Positions 1 to 11,393 of a DNA stretch of 64,000 nucleotides are shown here, piece by piece. How positions within the stretch are numbered: position 1 is the first letter of the stretch; each line of letters opens with the position of its first letter. The stretch comes from an uncultured cyanobacterium (lineage in GTDB: Bacteria; Cyanobacteriota; Cyanobacteriia; Cyanobacteriales; CAWCAG01). The DNA is taken from contig CAWCAG010000005.1 of the NCBI GenBank assembly GCA_963793425.1, positions 224,001 through 288,000 of the forward strand, written 5' to 3'. The notes under the pieces were generated by a model. It was not told the DNA's origin. It searched no databases and saw nothing but the letters and a program-made list of their open reading frames with translations. A program made the position numbers and the translations under genes.

Positions 1-214
1 TACTAAGGCGGTAGGTATTGGCTAATCTGAGGTTTTTATCAGCATTAACCTTGGCTATTTTGAATTCACAGCCTAATTCAGGCTGTAAATCCCGTAGAAT
101 TGGTGAAATTATGCGACACAAACCGCACCAAGGGGCCCAAAACTCCACAATAACGGGTAGAGGAGATTGTAAAACTTCTTGGTCAAAGTTCTTTTCACTG
201 ACAGAGATGATCAT
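1..214 (-). CDS. trxC: Atypical cyanobacterial thioredoxin (TrxC type), truncated by the window edge
   Basis: Not in the ORF track. Manual minus-strand translation from ATG at 214 gives MIISVSEKNFDQEVLQSPLPVIVEFWAPWCGLCRIISP...KVNADKNLRLANTYRLS; WCGLC active site. Confidence 0.85.
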   Translation of the reverse strand, partial: MIISVSEKNFDQEVLQSPLPVIVEFWAPWCGLCRIISPILRDLQPELGCEFKIAKVNADKNLRLANTYRLS

Positions 215-363
215 GATCCCGAAAGTTATAAATGATTTGTTATTAAAATGACTTGAAAATTACGCTAACCCCAATTGGGATCAGCTAGTACAGGCGATTT
301 TAGCAAAAATTTGTCTTAAAGTGATCAAATTTATAATTGCTAGTTGCCAGTAATCCCAGCTCC

Positions 364-1080
364 CTACAAACCTGCCCTCGCTGTTACTACCATCAACCAA
401 GGATGTCCCCACCACAGCAATAGAGTAAAAGCGACAACTCCTACGTAAGCAGGGCGGAGAAATTCTTGCCATTTTAGGGTTTGGCGATCGCTTAAAATTG
501 CAGCAAAAGGAACAACAGAAGTTCTAGCTTTAGCAGCGAGAAAGGCTTCTCCGTAGCGCTTTTCTAGACGTTTGTCTCCATGCCAAACGGCGAAAAGATG
601 ATGGGCTATTAAACCTAGTGAAGTAACAAGGGTAAAAGTCGTACCAATCCAGAGGGTATGGGCAATACACCAAATAACTTGTCCGACCATCTGAGGATGG
701 CGAGTGATGCGAATAATTCCTGTTTCAAAAAGATGAACTTGAGGCTTTTGGATGGCAGCAATTTCGAGGAGGTTAAAAGTGGCTGGGTAAAGAAACAGAA
801 AGGAAATAGCAGAAAGAATCCAAACTAGGGTTTTAATTCCAGAAATGCCTTGTACCTGCCAGAGAAATAAGCCGTCATAACGATGATTGAAAAAGTAAGT
901 GATGAGGATGACAGCAAAAGGAATACTAATTAGGGCAAATATAATTCTATAAAGTCGGGGACTAATTTTAGCTTCTGCCCAAGGGCGCAGGGCTGCTAAA
1001 CCACTATGGGTAAGGGCAAACCCCAAAAGCAGCAAGAGCATAATTCCATGACTCAAAGTTAGCCAGTTTTCTGCTTCCAT
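364..1080 (-). CDS. NnrU-family membrane protein, likely 15-cis-zeta-carotene isomerase (Z-ISO)
   Basis: Multi-TM protein with HSGLAALR, TGIIRITRHPQMVGQ and HHLFAVWHGD motifs. Confidence 0.8.
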   Translation of the reverse strand: MEAENWLTLSHGIMLLLLLGFALTHSGLAALRPWAEAKISPRLYRIIFALISIPFAVILITYFFNHRYDGLFLWQVQGISGIKTLVWILSAISFLFLYPATFNLLEIAAIQKPQVHLFETGIIRITRHPQMVGQVIWCIAHTLWIGTTFTLVTSLGLIAHHLFAVWHGDKRLEKRYGEAFLAAKARTSVVPFAAILSDRQTLKWQEFLRPAYVGVVAFTLLLWWGHPWLMVVTARAGL

Positions 1081-1550
1081 ATAAATATTAATTAAAAGGT
1101 AATTGTTAAAGTATTTTTCATATTAGCGGTTTGGATAAGCAAACTTACACCTATCTAAATACAGAAAAATCGTTTTTTCTTGAAGAAGAAATAATAGACA
1201 AAGCCCTTCTATATCAAGGGTTGCTTTCTTGATATTGTACCTTTAGTTAGCCCTTTAACTAGTCTTGGAGGAAAGACTTTCAATATTTAGTTGATGGCAA
1301 AAAGATTGTCAAGGAGATAATTCTCAAGATTACTTGATCCCCTTGGTATGTTACTGTCAAATTCAGCAAGGTTATAGGCAACATTCACAGCGCCAAAGAA
1401 TTTATCGATCCCGATGAGGCGACGGTGACTATTGGTTGCTTCTGTGCCAATCGGAATTAAGACTAAAAAATCAAGGTATTTTTACCTAATTTTTATTCTA
1501 GACCAAATTCCCTTGGAATCTCTGTTTCCTCATTTTTGATGTTAAGCCCT

Positions 1551-2546
1551 ATGTCTGACATACCTTTTACTTTAGATCAACTCCGCATTCTCAAAGCGAT
1601 CGCCGCAGAAGGGAGTTTTAAGCGGGCTGCGGATAGTTTATATGTTTCTCAACCAGCCGTAAGTCTTCAGGTACAAAATTTAGAAAGACAATTAAATGTA
1701 CCATTATTCGATCGAGGAGGACGAAGAGCGCAATTAACAGAAGCAGGACACTTACTTTTAGAATACGGAGAAAAAGTTCTTTCCTTATGTCAAGAAACTT
1801 GCCGAGCAATTGAAGATTTGCAAAATCTCCAAGGGGGTACTCTAATTGTCGGTGCTTCTCAAACTACAGGAACTTACCTTCTTCCTCGTATGATTGGCAG
1901 GTTTAGACAACAATATCCTGATGTTTCTGTACAGCTACAAGTTCATTCGACGAGAAGAACTTCTTGGAGCGTAGCTAATGGACAAGTAGACTTAGCTATT
2001 ATCGGAGGGGAAGTGCCTCCTGAACTGCAAGATACCCTAGAAGTAACTCCTTATGCAGAAGATGAGTTGGCTTTAATCTTACCGCCTTTACATACCTTAG
2101 CCAAAAATGAATCCATACAGAAAGAAGACCTCTATAAAATACAATTTATTGCCCTAGACTCTCAATCAACCATTCGTAAGGTGATTGATCAGGTATTAAC
2201 TCGTTGTGGTGTCAATACCAAAAGGCTCAAAGTCGAAATGGAGTTAAACTCCATTGAAGCGATTAAAAATGCTGTACAATCTGGCTTAGGAGCAGCTTTT
2301 GTCTCGGTTTCTGCTATAGAAAAAGAACTACAAATGGGCATTCTTCATCGCGCCCAAATTCAGGATTTTGTCATAAAACGAACTCTTTCGGTAATCGTTA
2401 ATCCGAACCGCTATCGTTCTAAAGCCGCAGAAGCTTTTAGCAAAGAAATTCTTCCCCTATTTTCTGGACAAGGAAAGAAATTTGGACTAAACCAGCACTC
2501 AGAGTTAAAAAACTCTAATCAATCTCATATTGTTGCTCCCAAATAA
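1551..2546 (+). CDS. rbcR: LysR-family regulator RbcR/Ycf30
   Basis: [38 protein letters not shown]ysR HTH; ATG at 1551 preferred over the upstream TTG/ATG. Confidence 0.85.
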   Translation: MSDIPFTLDQLRILKAIAAEGSFKRAADSLYVSQPAVSLQVQNLERQLNVPLFDRGGRRAQLTEAGHLLLEYGEKVLSLCQETCRAIEDLQNLQGGTLIVGASQTTGTYLLPRMIGRFRQQYPDVSVQLQVHSTRRTSWSVANGQVDLAIIGGEVPPELQDTLEVTPYAEDELALILPPLHTLAKNESIQKEDLYKIQFIALDSQSTIRKVIDQVLTRCGVNTKRLKVEMELNSIEAIKNAVQSGLGAAFVSVSAIEKELQMGILHRAQIQDFVIKRTLSVIVNPNRYRSKAAEAFSKEILPLFSGQGKKFGLNQHSELKNSNQSHIVAPK

Positions 2547-2689
2547 AAACAGGGAGTGGGAAGTAGGGAGCGGGGAGTAGAAATTAGAGATTTAAGATGA
2601 GCCTAATTTAAAGTTATTGAAGCAACAAGCACTCACCTATCAAGAAAAAGACTTATACTTTTAGTGGTTAACACCGGGTTATTTAGTCA

Positions 2690-4146
2690 ATGAAAATTCA
2701 CTGCACCCGTCCTGGTTGTCCCCGACCAGAAAACTTTTTTGCCGATCTTGATGACGAAAATACCCTAATTACCACCCAGCAGAAGTATTGTACTTCTTGC
2801 GGAATGCCTCTGATTTTAGCAGGGCGTTATATTCCCTCAAGACTCCTCGGAAAAGGAGGTTTTGGTGCAGCATTTTTGCCCGCGATCGCTATACTCCCAC
2901 TAAGCGTCAGTGCGTAGCGAAACAGTTTCAACCTCCTGCCAATCTTAATCCTCAACAGTTACAAATTGCTAAAACCCTTTTTGAAAGAGAAGCTGAGGTT
3001 TTGGAGCAGTTGGGAAATGAGCATCCCCAAATCCCTAATTTATATGCCTTTTTTCCCCTGATTGTTCCAGGTATCAAATCTAGTGGAGATGACCAATTTT
3101 TCTATTTGGTACAGAAGTTTATTGATGGAGAAGATTTAGAACACGAATTGGCTCGTAAGGGTAAATTAACAGAAGAGGAAATTAGAGAAATTCTCAGGGA
3201 AGTCCTGAAAGTTCTTAGCTTCGTTCACACCAACGGCTCTATTCACCGAGATATTAAACCCTCCAATATTATGCGGGAGAAGGGAGGGCGTTTATATTTA
3301 TTAGATTTTGGTGCAGTGAAGCAAGTAACCAATGCCCCAGGGGCAGCCGCAGGAAGATCCACAGGCATTTTCTCCATGGGCTTTGCTCCTCCAGAACAAA
3401 TGGCAGGTTCTCAAGTTTATCCTTCTACAGACTTATATGCTTTAGCCGCAACTTGTCTTAATTTACTTACAGGTAAAGATACAGAAGAATTATACGATTC
3501 CTACAATAATAACTGGGACTGGAAACCCCAAGCACAGGGAGTTAGTCCTCAACTAGCTGAAGTTCTTGATAAGATGTTACGGCGTACTCCTCGTGAACGA
3601 TTTCAAAGCGCCCAAGAGGTTTTGGATGCCCTCAAACCTCCTCAAAAATATAGTCCGCCACCGCCACCCCCTACACGTACACCTACTCCTACTCCTAAAC
3701 CAACCCCAACTCCCCCTCCAATTCAGCAGCCTCCACCTGTAACAACTCCTGCCCCTACACCAGTTCAGTCTCCAGTCAAAGTCAAACAAGGTATGACTTT
3801 TTCTTTGATAGAGACTCTGGGTGCGGCTGCTTTTACTGGTTTTGAGGGAGGACTACTATTTGTCGCTTTTGATAGCTTATTCGACTCGCCAGGGGTGAGT
3901 ATGGGGCTTTTTGGTATGGTACTGGCAGGACTCATTTTTGCTGAATTTCGTCGCTTTATTGAAAAGTGGGATTTTACTATTATTGGAGTAATTACTCTGC
4001 TATTGGTAATGTTTGTTCCTTTGCTCAATGATGCTGTAGGAGATAAAGCTATTATCTTAGGCATAGCTATTTTTGCTGCCGCCGCCGCAGTAGCAATTAC
4101 CGCTCTTTTCCGCTTGATTTATTTGTTGTTATCTAAGTTTCTTTAA
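2690..4146 (+). CDS. Ser/Thr protein kinase with N-terminal 4-Cys domain, Pro/Thr linker and C-terminal TM helices; 1-nt frameshift near 2875
   Basis: ORF 2690 carries CxxxxC...CxxC and GKGGFG; ORF 2788 continues with ARDRY..VAKQ, HRDIKPSN, DFG. Joining them needs one extra base at ttttt-gcc. Confidence 0.85.
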
Positions 4147-4354
4147 GCTTCAAATTCAGCCACCTCAAAAACGGGGAACTACCCTTAACTGTAATCGGGG
4201 AAACCAATACCGCCACAATTAACCTGTGCTAGTAAACTGAATCTAGTATGACTCATCATCATATATAGTGATGATATTCTTCTATAGACTTCTAGGATAA
4301 AAAGTAGAGAATAATTGTCCTAAACACTATGTTGACTGCATAAGCGAAATAACA

Positions 4355-4570
4355 ATGGTTAAAAAAGAAGAGCAAACCTCCCCCCAACCTGCCCAAAAGA
4401 CACAACAAGAAGAATATCAAGAAGCACTATTAAAAACAGGTATTCAAGCAGCAAACTTACTCACCGAATTAATAGACTTAAAAATCATGCCAGACCCCCG
4501 CGCGAAAGAAATGGCTGATGTGGCTATAGAAGTAATTAAATTAGTAAATTCTCAATCTAGAGATACTTAA
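4355..4570 (+). CDS. 71-aa unknown protein, left copy of the direct repeat flanking the toxin array
   Basis: Core EEYQEALLKTGIQAANLLTELIDLKIMPDPRAKEMADVAIEVIKLVN is identical at protein level in the copy at 14311, with synonymous DNA differences, which implies coding constraint. Confidence 0.8.
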   Translation: MVKKEEQTSPQPAQKTQQEEYQEALLKTGIQAANLLTELIDLKIMPDPRAKEMADVAIEVIKLVNSQSRDT

Positions 4571-4813
4571 ACTATCAACAAGAAGCCCAACAACTTAATA
4601 CTAACTTTGAAGCAATAGATGATGGCAGTATAATAATTTATAAATTTCCGCAATCTTAGTTTCTGAGCAGGAGAAAACTAGGGAATTGCTCTGACGATAA
4701 AGTACATTTCTTCCCAAGTTGCCAAAAATTGGTGGTAAAGTAGGAAAAATTGCTCTGGGGTAAAAATCTTAGGGCAAAAGGCTTAACTTGGCAAAAGTTC
4801 CCCAGGATGAATA

Positions 4814-7800
4814 ATGGCTAGCTACGAACCAATCAAAAAGCCCAGTTTTCAACCTCCCCAGCATTCCCAACCATCAAAACAACAGCATCACCAAGTCCCA
4901 CCGCCGCAGCAAAAAAAGGGACAAAGCCTAGAAGAAATGGAAATAAGTCGCAAAAATGCCGAACGCCTTGGCGACCATATAGTTAACTTTTCTAAATCGG
5001 CTCCAACTCCAGCAATTCAAAGCAAATCAACCACAGAAAAACTTGGAGATAACAATGAGCAAGAAACTGAAGCTGTAGAAACTGAAGTAGTAAAGACAAG
5101 TAACACTCCTTCTACTCCTGAAACTCCTAAAGATAGTAACAATCAAGAAAATCCAGAAGGAATCAATGAAGGTACAACCTCACCAGAAACCTCAATTTGG
5201 TTACAACGTTCTCAGAATCTAGTCTTACAACAGCAGCAACAAAAGCAAGCTTTACTAGCACAAATGGGGGAAAGGTATCAAAGATTTCAAGCCGTAGGTA
5301 GTAATCTTTATAGCCCTGAAACAACATCTCAACTCCAGTCAGAAAACTTAACAGGAGAAGAAGTTCGCCTAGAAAACATTGAACCATCACAGATAAGTAG
5401 CACTCCCTCCACCCCAGAGCAAAACGATTCGGGCGCATCGATTCAAACTAAGTGTGATGTTTGTGAAGCTAAAGAAAAAGAAGAAACCTCAGAAGTACAA
5501 GCCAAACTAACAGTAGGACAACCAGGGGACAAATACGAAACCGAAGCAGATACCACAGCAGCCGAAGTTGTAAAACAAATCAACTCTCCAGCAACTGAGG
5601 AATCAGTATCAGAAAAGGTAGAACCAGTAGACCAACCGACGGTAATGCGTCATGGTGGAGAGCAAGGAGGAGGAGTAGACTCTGGTGTAGAGCAAAATAT
5701 TCAAGGAGCCAAAGGTAGTGGGCAGGAACTATCTGAAAAGATTAAAGAGCCGATGGAGCAGGCATTTGGGTCTGACTTCAGTCAAGTTAAAGTGCATACC
5801 GACGGTAATGCCAATCAGTTGAATCGCTCCTTAAATTCGCGGGCATTTGCTACAGGGCAGGACATCTTTTTCAAACAAGGAGAATACAACCCTGAGAATA
5901 CAAGTGGACAGGAATTGATAGCCCACGAATTAACTCATGTTGTACAGCAAAATGGTAGTAAAGTTCAACGTAAGTCAGATAACGAGCAACAAGACATTAG
6001 TTCAAAAGCAAATCAGGAATTGGGGAAGTAGAAACAGAAGCAAACACAAAAGAAATAGAAGTTCAAGCTATTGAACAACCTTCACTAGACAATCCTACTC
6101 AACCTCAGCAAAAAGAAAATCTCCAGAATCATCAACCGACAGAACCTCAGCCAGAAACTAAACCCCAAGAAAACCCTCCAAAGCTCAACCAGAGAATAAG
6201 TTAAACAAATCAATAGCCAAACTACCTCAAAAAGAAAACAAACTAACAAAAGCAGAAAACAAAATTGCTGATGCAAGCCTAAAACTAGGAATTAAAGCCA
6301 AAGTAATTGACCAAAAAGAAACTCAGTCACAAAAAGAAAACAAAGAGCCAAACAAACTCAACCAACCTGAAAACCAGGAAGTAGACTCAGCAGCAACACC
6401 TCCTACAACGGAAGAAGAAACTCAACAGCAAGCGAACCAAGAAGAAACACAAGCCCATAACCCGGAAGCGCCACAAGAAACAGAAGGTAATAGTATTGCC
6501 GTAGACATCCCAACCCCCAACTTATCTCAAAGAGATTCGGGTGTTTCTTTAGCAGATATGTGGCAACAACAGCAGGAGCAAAGTGACAATGCTGGTGGTA
6601 ACTTTGCCCAAGGCAGATCCAACAAAGAACCTAAAGCTGCATTAGAAGAAGCTCTTGCAACAAGCTCAACAAAAACTTACATCTCATTCCTCAACCGGTG
6701 CAAACCTACCAAAATCTGCATCTTTGCCTCAACCTCAAGTTGAGCAAGTTGAAAAACCCCCAACGGAAACTGCTGCTACTACAGAAGCTCCTGCTGTTAC
6801 CGACTCTGTTGCAGAAGCTACTTCTCTAGAAGAAAAACCAACAGATGTTGAAGCCGTTGCAGGAAGTTCTGAGCAAGTCACAGAAGTAGCAAAGGAAGGA
6901 GAAGCATCACCAGAGAAAGAGAAAGAATCAAGCTCCTGGTGAAACTGTACCTCAAACAGAAGAAAAAGTATCTTCGGAAACTGAAGCAGAATTAGAAGTA
7001 AAGGAAACAGAAGAGCCAATAGCTACAGAAGTAAAAGAGGAAGAAGTAGAAGTTCCTGAAGCTCAGGAAAAGCAAGCAGAAACAGAAGTTGAGGCTGAGG
7101 TTAAAGTAGCAGAAGAAGCTCTCACAGAGAATAGCCTTTCTCAACAAGAAGTTCAATCTGGTCAAGTTATTCAAAAGAGTGATGATGGCGACAACGAGGC
7201 TAATTTAATAGCCAAAGCCAAAGGTGTCTTAAACTCTTTGCGGGGTGATGCTCAAGGTAAGAAAGGTAAATTGCAAGGAGATGCTTCTGGGAAAAAGGGT
7301 CAAATAGATGGGGCAAAGCAGCAGCAAGGTAGTCAGATAGATGCTGGCAAGCAGGCAAAGGGTGCTGAATTAGATGCTGGCAAACAAGCGAAGGGGGCTG
7401 AATTAGATGCTGGCAAACAAGCGAAGGGGGCTGAATTAGATGCTGGCAAACAAGCAAAAGGTGCTGAATTAGATGCTGGCAAGCAGGCAAAGGGAGCTGA
7501 ATTAGATGCTGGCAAACAAGCAAAAGGTGCTGAATTAGATGCTGGCAAGCAGGCAAAGGGAGCTGAATTAGATGCTGGCAAACAAGCGAAGGGGGCTGAA
7601 TTAGATGCCGACAAACAAACCAAAGGTGCGGAACTTCAATCAGCAGTAGAAGGAAAAGGTAGTGAAGTAGAAGCAGGAAGCCAAGCTAAAGGAAACGAAC
7701 TGCAAACCGAAGCTCAAACCAAAGCGGCTGAATTGCAGGGGGAAGAAGCAGGGTTAAAACAAGAAACCACAGCTAAAGAACAAGAAATACAGACCAACGT

Positions 7801-10531
7801 TGGTAATCAAGTTGCATCCTTAGAAAATCAAGCTCTTGCAGGTAAAGGGCAAATCGAAAGTAGTTGGGCAGCCTTAGAAAGTAGTGCCACCACTCAAATG
7901 ACCGGGCTAGAAACAGAAGCCCAACAGTTTTCGCAAACCTACATGGCCAAAGCCCAAAGCTTCGTAGCTAAAGTTAATAACACTCCTCAAGGACAAGGGG
8001 ATAGTCAAGCCTTACAAGCAGAATGGCAGGGCTTAAAAACAGAAGTAGAATCAGTTTGGGGTGGAATTGAAAGTAAAGTCGCCCCGGTTAGCCAAAAAGT
8101 AGAGCAGGATTGGCAAGGATTAAATCAAAAAGCCCAAAACTTAACAGGACAAATCCAACAACAAGGGCAACAGGTTCAAGCCTCTGTCAACCAATCTGTA
8201 AGTAACATCGGGGGTCAATTCAGCTCCAAATGGGCAAACTTAACCAACAAAGCCTCCCAAGGACTAGCCAACTTCCAGGGTAAAATTGGGGCAGCAGAAG
8301 CTTGGGTAAGTAGTAAAGTTAGTAACCTTGGTAGCTGGGCAGCAGAGAAAACGGGAGCAGCCACAGCTTGGTTAAGTGCCAAAACCAGTGGTGCAGGAGC
8401 TTGGGCAGAAGAGAAAGTAGCCACAGCCTCTAGTTGGTTAGGAGAAAAAGTCAACGTTGCTAACAGTTGGCTAGGGGAGAAAACCAGTAGTGTAACCTCT
8501 TGGGTTACTGAAAAAGCTAGTAGTGCTGGAACCTTCATCAGTGGAAAAGCTACTCAAGCCACCTCTTGGTTAACCCAGAAAAGTAGTAACGCTGCCAACT
8601 GGCTAACCCAGAAAGGAGCCACCGCCCAAAGTTGGTTAGCTCAAAAAGGAGCCACCGCAGTCAGTGCTGTAACCCAAAAAGCCAGTTCCTTTAGCAGTGG
8701 TTTACAAGCTAAAGGAGCAAGCGCAGCTTCGAGTATCCAATCCAAAGGAAGTTCCATCTTAAAATGGTTAGGAGGTGCAGTAGGTTCAGTAGTATCAGGG
8801 GTACAAAGTAAAGCTAGTAGCTTGGTATCAGGATTACAAAGTAAAGTATCTAGTGCTGCTAGTTGGGTACAACAGAAGAGTAGCAGTGCCACGAGTTGGT
8901 TAACCAGTAAAGCCAGTAGTGCAGCAAGTTGGGCGCAACAGAAGAGTAGTAGTGCCTTAAGTTGGCTATCTAGTAAAGCAAGTAGTGCAACGAGTTGGGT
9001 ACAAAACAAAGGTTCTCAGAGTGTAAGTTGGTTACAACAAAAAAGTAGTACTGTTGGTAGTTGGGTACAAAACAAAAGTTCCCAGTCTTTAAATTGGCTC
9101 CAACAAAAAGGAAGTGCCGTTGGTAGTTGGCTACAAAACAAAGCATCTCAAGGGGTAAACTGGCTCCGGGAAAAAGGAACTGCTGTTGGTAATTGGGTTA
9201 AAGAAAAAGGCTCCCAAGCTTGGGAGGGAGTGAAGCAATTAGGAGAATTAGGTAACAAGGCTCTGCGATTTGCTGGTAATGGTATTAAAGCGGGTTGGCA
9301 GTGGAGTAAAAATAAAGCTGGGGAGATTAAGAGTTGGGCGGTACAGAAAGCCTCTCAAGGATTAGCCTGGGCTAACAATAAGTTATCCCAAGGTTGGAAT
9401 TGGGTACAGGATAAATGGGGTGCTGTTAGCAAATGGTTGAGTGAGCGCTATTCAACTATCAGCGCTTGGGGACATGGCATTTTGGATTTTGTAGGTATTG
9501 CTGGAGACTTTATACCTGGAATAGGAAACCTAGTTGCTTTTGGTGCTGATGCTATAAACACTCTTTGGTATGCAGCAGAAGGTGATTGGACAAATGCTGG
9601 CTTATCAGCAGTTGCCATGATTCCTTATTTAGGTTGGGGAGCAAAAGGTGGTAAATATGCTAGTAAAGGTCTTAAATATGCAGATGACATTGCAGAATTA
9701 GCGACTAAGTATGGCGATGAGGCGATGGAGTTATTTACTAAGTATGGTGATGAAATTGCTCCATTGATTAAAAATGGCCCTGAAGTAGTAGAAGCCATTA
9801 TCAAAAATCCAGAAGCTGCGGAATTATTCATCAAGCATGGGGATGATGTCATTGCGAAGTACGGCGATGATGGTATTCAAATGTTATCCCAAGGAATACT
9901 AGCAAAACGAGTAGCTTCTGATGGTCATACTCTAAAAGTTCTGGCAAATGGGAAGATAGTACGTTGTTCAACTTGTGGGGAACTTGCTGAAAAGTTTGCA
10001 GAAGAATTAGCAGATCCTAAAAATAAACAACTAGCTGAATGGTTTAGGAGTGTTCAGTCAAGAGCGGCAAAAAATCCAGAAGCAGTCGCTGATGAAGTAA
10101 AAATTATTGAACAGCAGTTACAAAGTGTTAAACAAACAAAACAAAAAGCACCAACAAAAGTTGTTTCTCCAACTGCTAAACCCAAGAAAAGTAGTGGTAA
10201 GTTACCGCAGGATATAGGGAAAATGATGAAAAGCCAGAAAATAGCTCCCGATATCCTCAACAAAGGAGTACACTTCAATGTTGGCAAAGTTGAACTCAAA
10301 CTTGTGCCTTCAGGAAGTAGTTTTAAGTTAGAACCTGTTTTCAGTAGTTATAAAGAAGTAGATGTTGCTAATGCTGTTCGCAAAGCAACAGAAGCTTTAG
10401 ATAACTCTCAATTTCAGAAATGGCTTCTGAAGCACGCAAAAGCTGGTCTGGGAATGGCACAGCAAGCAGAAAAAACAAAGAGAGCAAAATACTTTAACGA
10501 GGTTATCAAAATTCTCGAAGAAACACAATGA
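4814..10531 (+). CDS. Large DUF4157 (eCIS-core) polymorphic toxin, ~1900 aa when joined; four 1-nt indels between ~6025 and ~6930
   Basis: QAKLTVGQPGDKYE motif and DUF4157 (MEQAFGSDFSQVKVHTD...AFATGQDIFF...LIAHELTHVVQQ, ~5715-5950). Continuous E/Q/P/T-rich sequence across frames links ORF 4814 to ORF 7238, which share a frame. Then 11-aa repeats, pre-toxin module (LDFVG..IPGIG..DAINTLWYAAEGDW) and variable C-terminus. Confidence 0.8.
7334..7630 (+). repeat. 33-bp coding tandem repeat, ~9 units (ELDAGKQAKGA)
   Basis: GAATTAGATGC recurs every 33 nt from 7367 to 7598; variation is mostly synonymous; no spacers. Confidence 0.95.
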
Positions 10532-10983
10532 TTAATATGCAAGTTGATTACTTTACTTTTATCGCAAATGGTGAGTTTGGGCAGTTCAAATTTGGAACTT
10601 TCTGGAATGAAGTTATTAAGGTGTTAGGAGTTCCGCCACTTTATGAACCAGCAGGTGAGGAGACAGCAGCATTAGCACGCTATGGAGACTTAGAATTTGC
10701 AATTCTAGATGAACGAATCGTTACCGTTTCCTTGGATATAAATTACTCTAAAATAGAGCTTCCAACAAACATTATTGTTAAAAACTTCGAGAAGCCTCAA
10801 TTAGAAATAGTAAAAGTACAAGATATCCTAGAAGTACACAACGTTACTTGGGAGCGTATTGAATTCTTATGTGACGACTGGATTGATTATTATCGTACTT
10901 CTACTGGTGTACACCTCTCATTTGGAAAAAAACTACTTGGCAAAGTAGGTGCAGCCAGTCCTGACAAGTTATGGGGTATGTAA
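10528..10983 (+). CDS. Putative cognate immunity protein
   Basis: 151 aa, ATGA overlap with the toxin stop codon; positional inference only. Confidence 0.7.
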   Translation: MINMQVDYFTFIANGEFGQFKFGTFWNEVIKVLGVPPLYEPAGEETAALARYGDLEFAILDERIVTVSLDINYSKIELPTNIIVKNFEKPQLEIVKVQDILEVHNVTWERIEFLCDDWIDYYRTSTGVHLSFGKKLLGKVGAASPDKLWGM

Positions 10984-11023
10984 ACCAGTAATATAATGTA
11001 GCATTTGAGTCAAGTTTAAGAAC

Positions 11024-11356
11024 AACTACGACACCATCAGCAAGTAGGGACATGGTATCCTCGATTTCGTTGGCACGGCTGCACCCTTTATCGGTGCAGT
11101 AGCTGGAGGTGTTGCTGGAGGAATAGCTGGTGCAGCAGCAGGCGGTGTAGGGGCAATACCAGGAGCTTTAGCTGGTGCAGGAAAAGGATGGGCTATTGGA
11201 AGTAAGGTAGGTGATATAGCCGATGGTGTCAATGCCGGATGGTATGGCGCAGAAGGGGCATACTATGCTTCACAAGGAGATGAGGAGAAAGCAAAAGACG
11301 CATTTACTAATGCAGCTTTCTCATCAGCAGGTGTAGCACTCCCGTGGGTACTGTAA
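11024..11356 (+). pseudogene. Orphan toxin cassette 1: pre-toxin module only, no start codon, internal TAG, toxin domain missing
   Basis: Translates NYDTISK*GHGILDFVGTAAPFIG...DIADGVNAGWYGAEG..YASQGDEEKAKDAF..AGVALPWVL*; homologous to 9449+ and 11797+. Confidence 0.8.
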
Positions 11357-11393
11357 TTCCCAAAGGAGGACCCAAAATAGGGCCGAATAAGTA

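Noticed and set aside
18..251. Plus-strand 77-aa ORF
   Set aside because: Shadow of the minus-strand WCGLC thioredoxin.
6558..6942. ORFs 6558..6743 and 6655..6942 as separate genes
   Set aside because: They are frameshifted pieces of the large DUF4157 gene.
7334..7630. 33-bp repeats as a CRISPR array
   Set aside because: Units are contiguous with no unique spacers, vary at third codon positions and lie in a long ORF; no cas genes in the window.
7200..10299. Minus-strand ORFs within the toxin gene (e.g. ACLPASNSAPF repeats)
   Set aside because: Antisense read-through of repetitive coding sequence.
11026..11232. Minus-strand Pro/Ala-rich 68-aa ORF
   Set aside because: Antisense of the Gly/Ala-rich orphan pre-toxin module.
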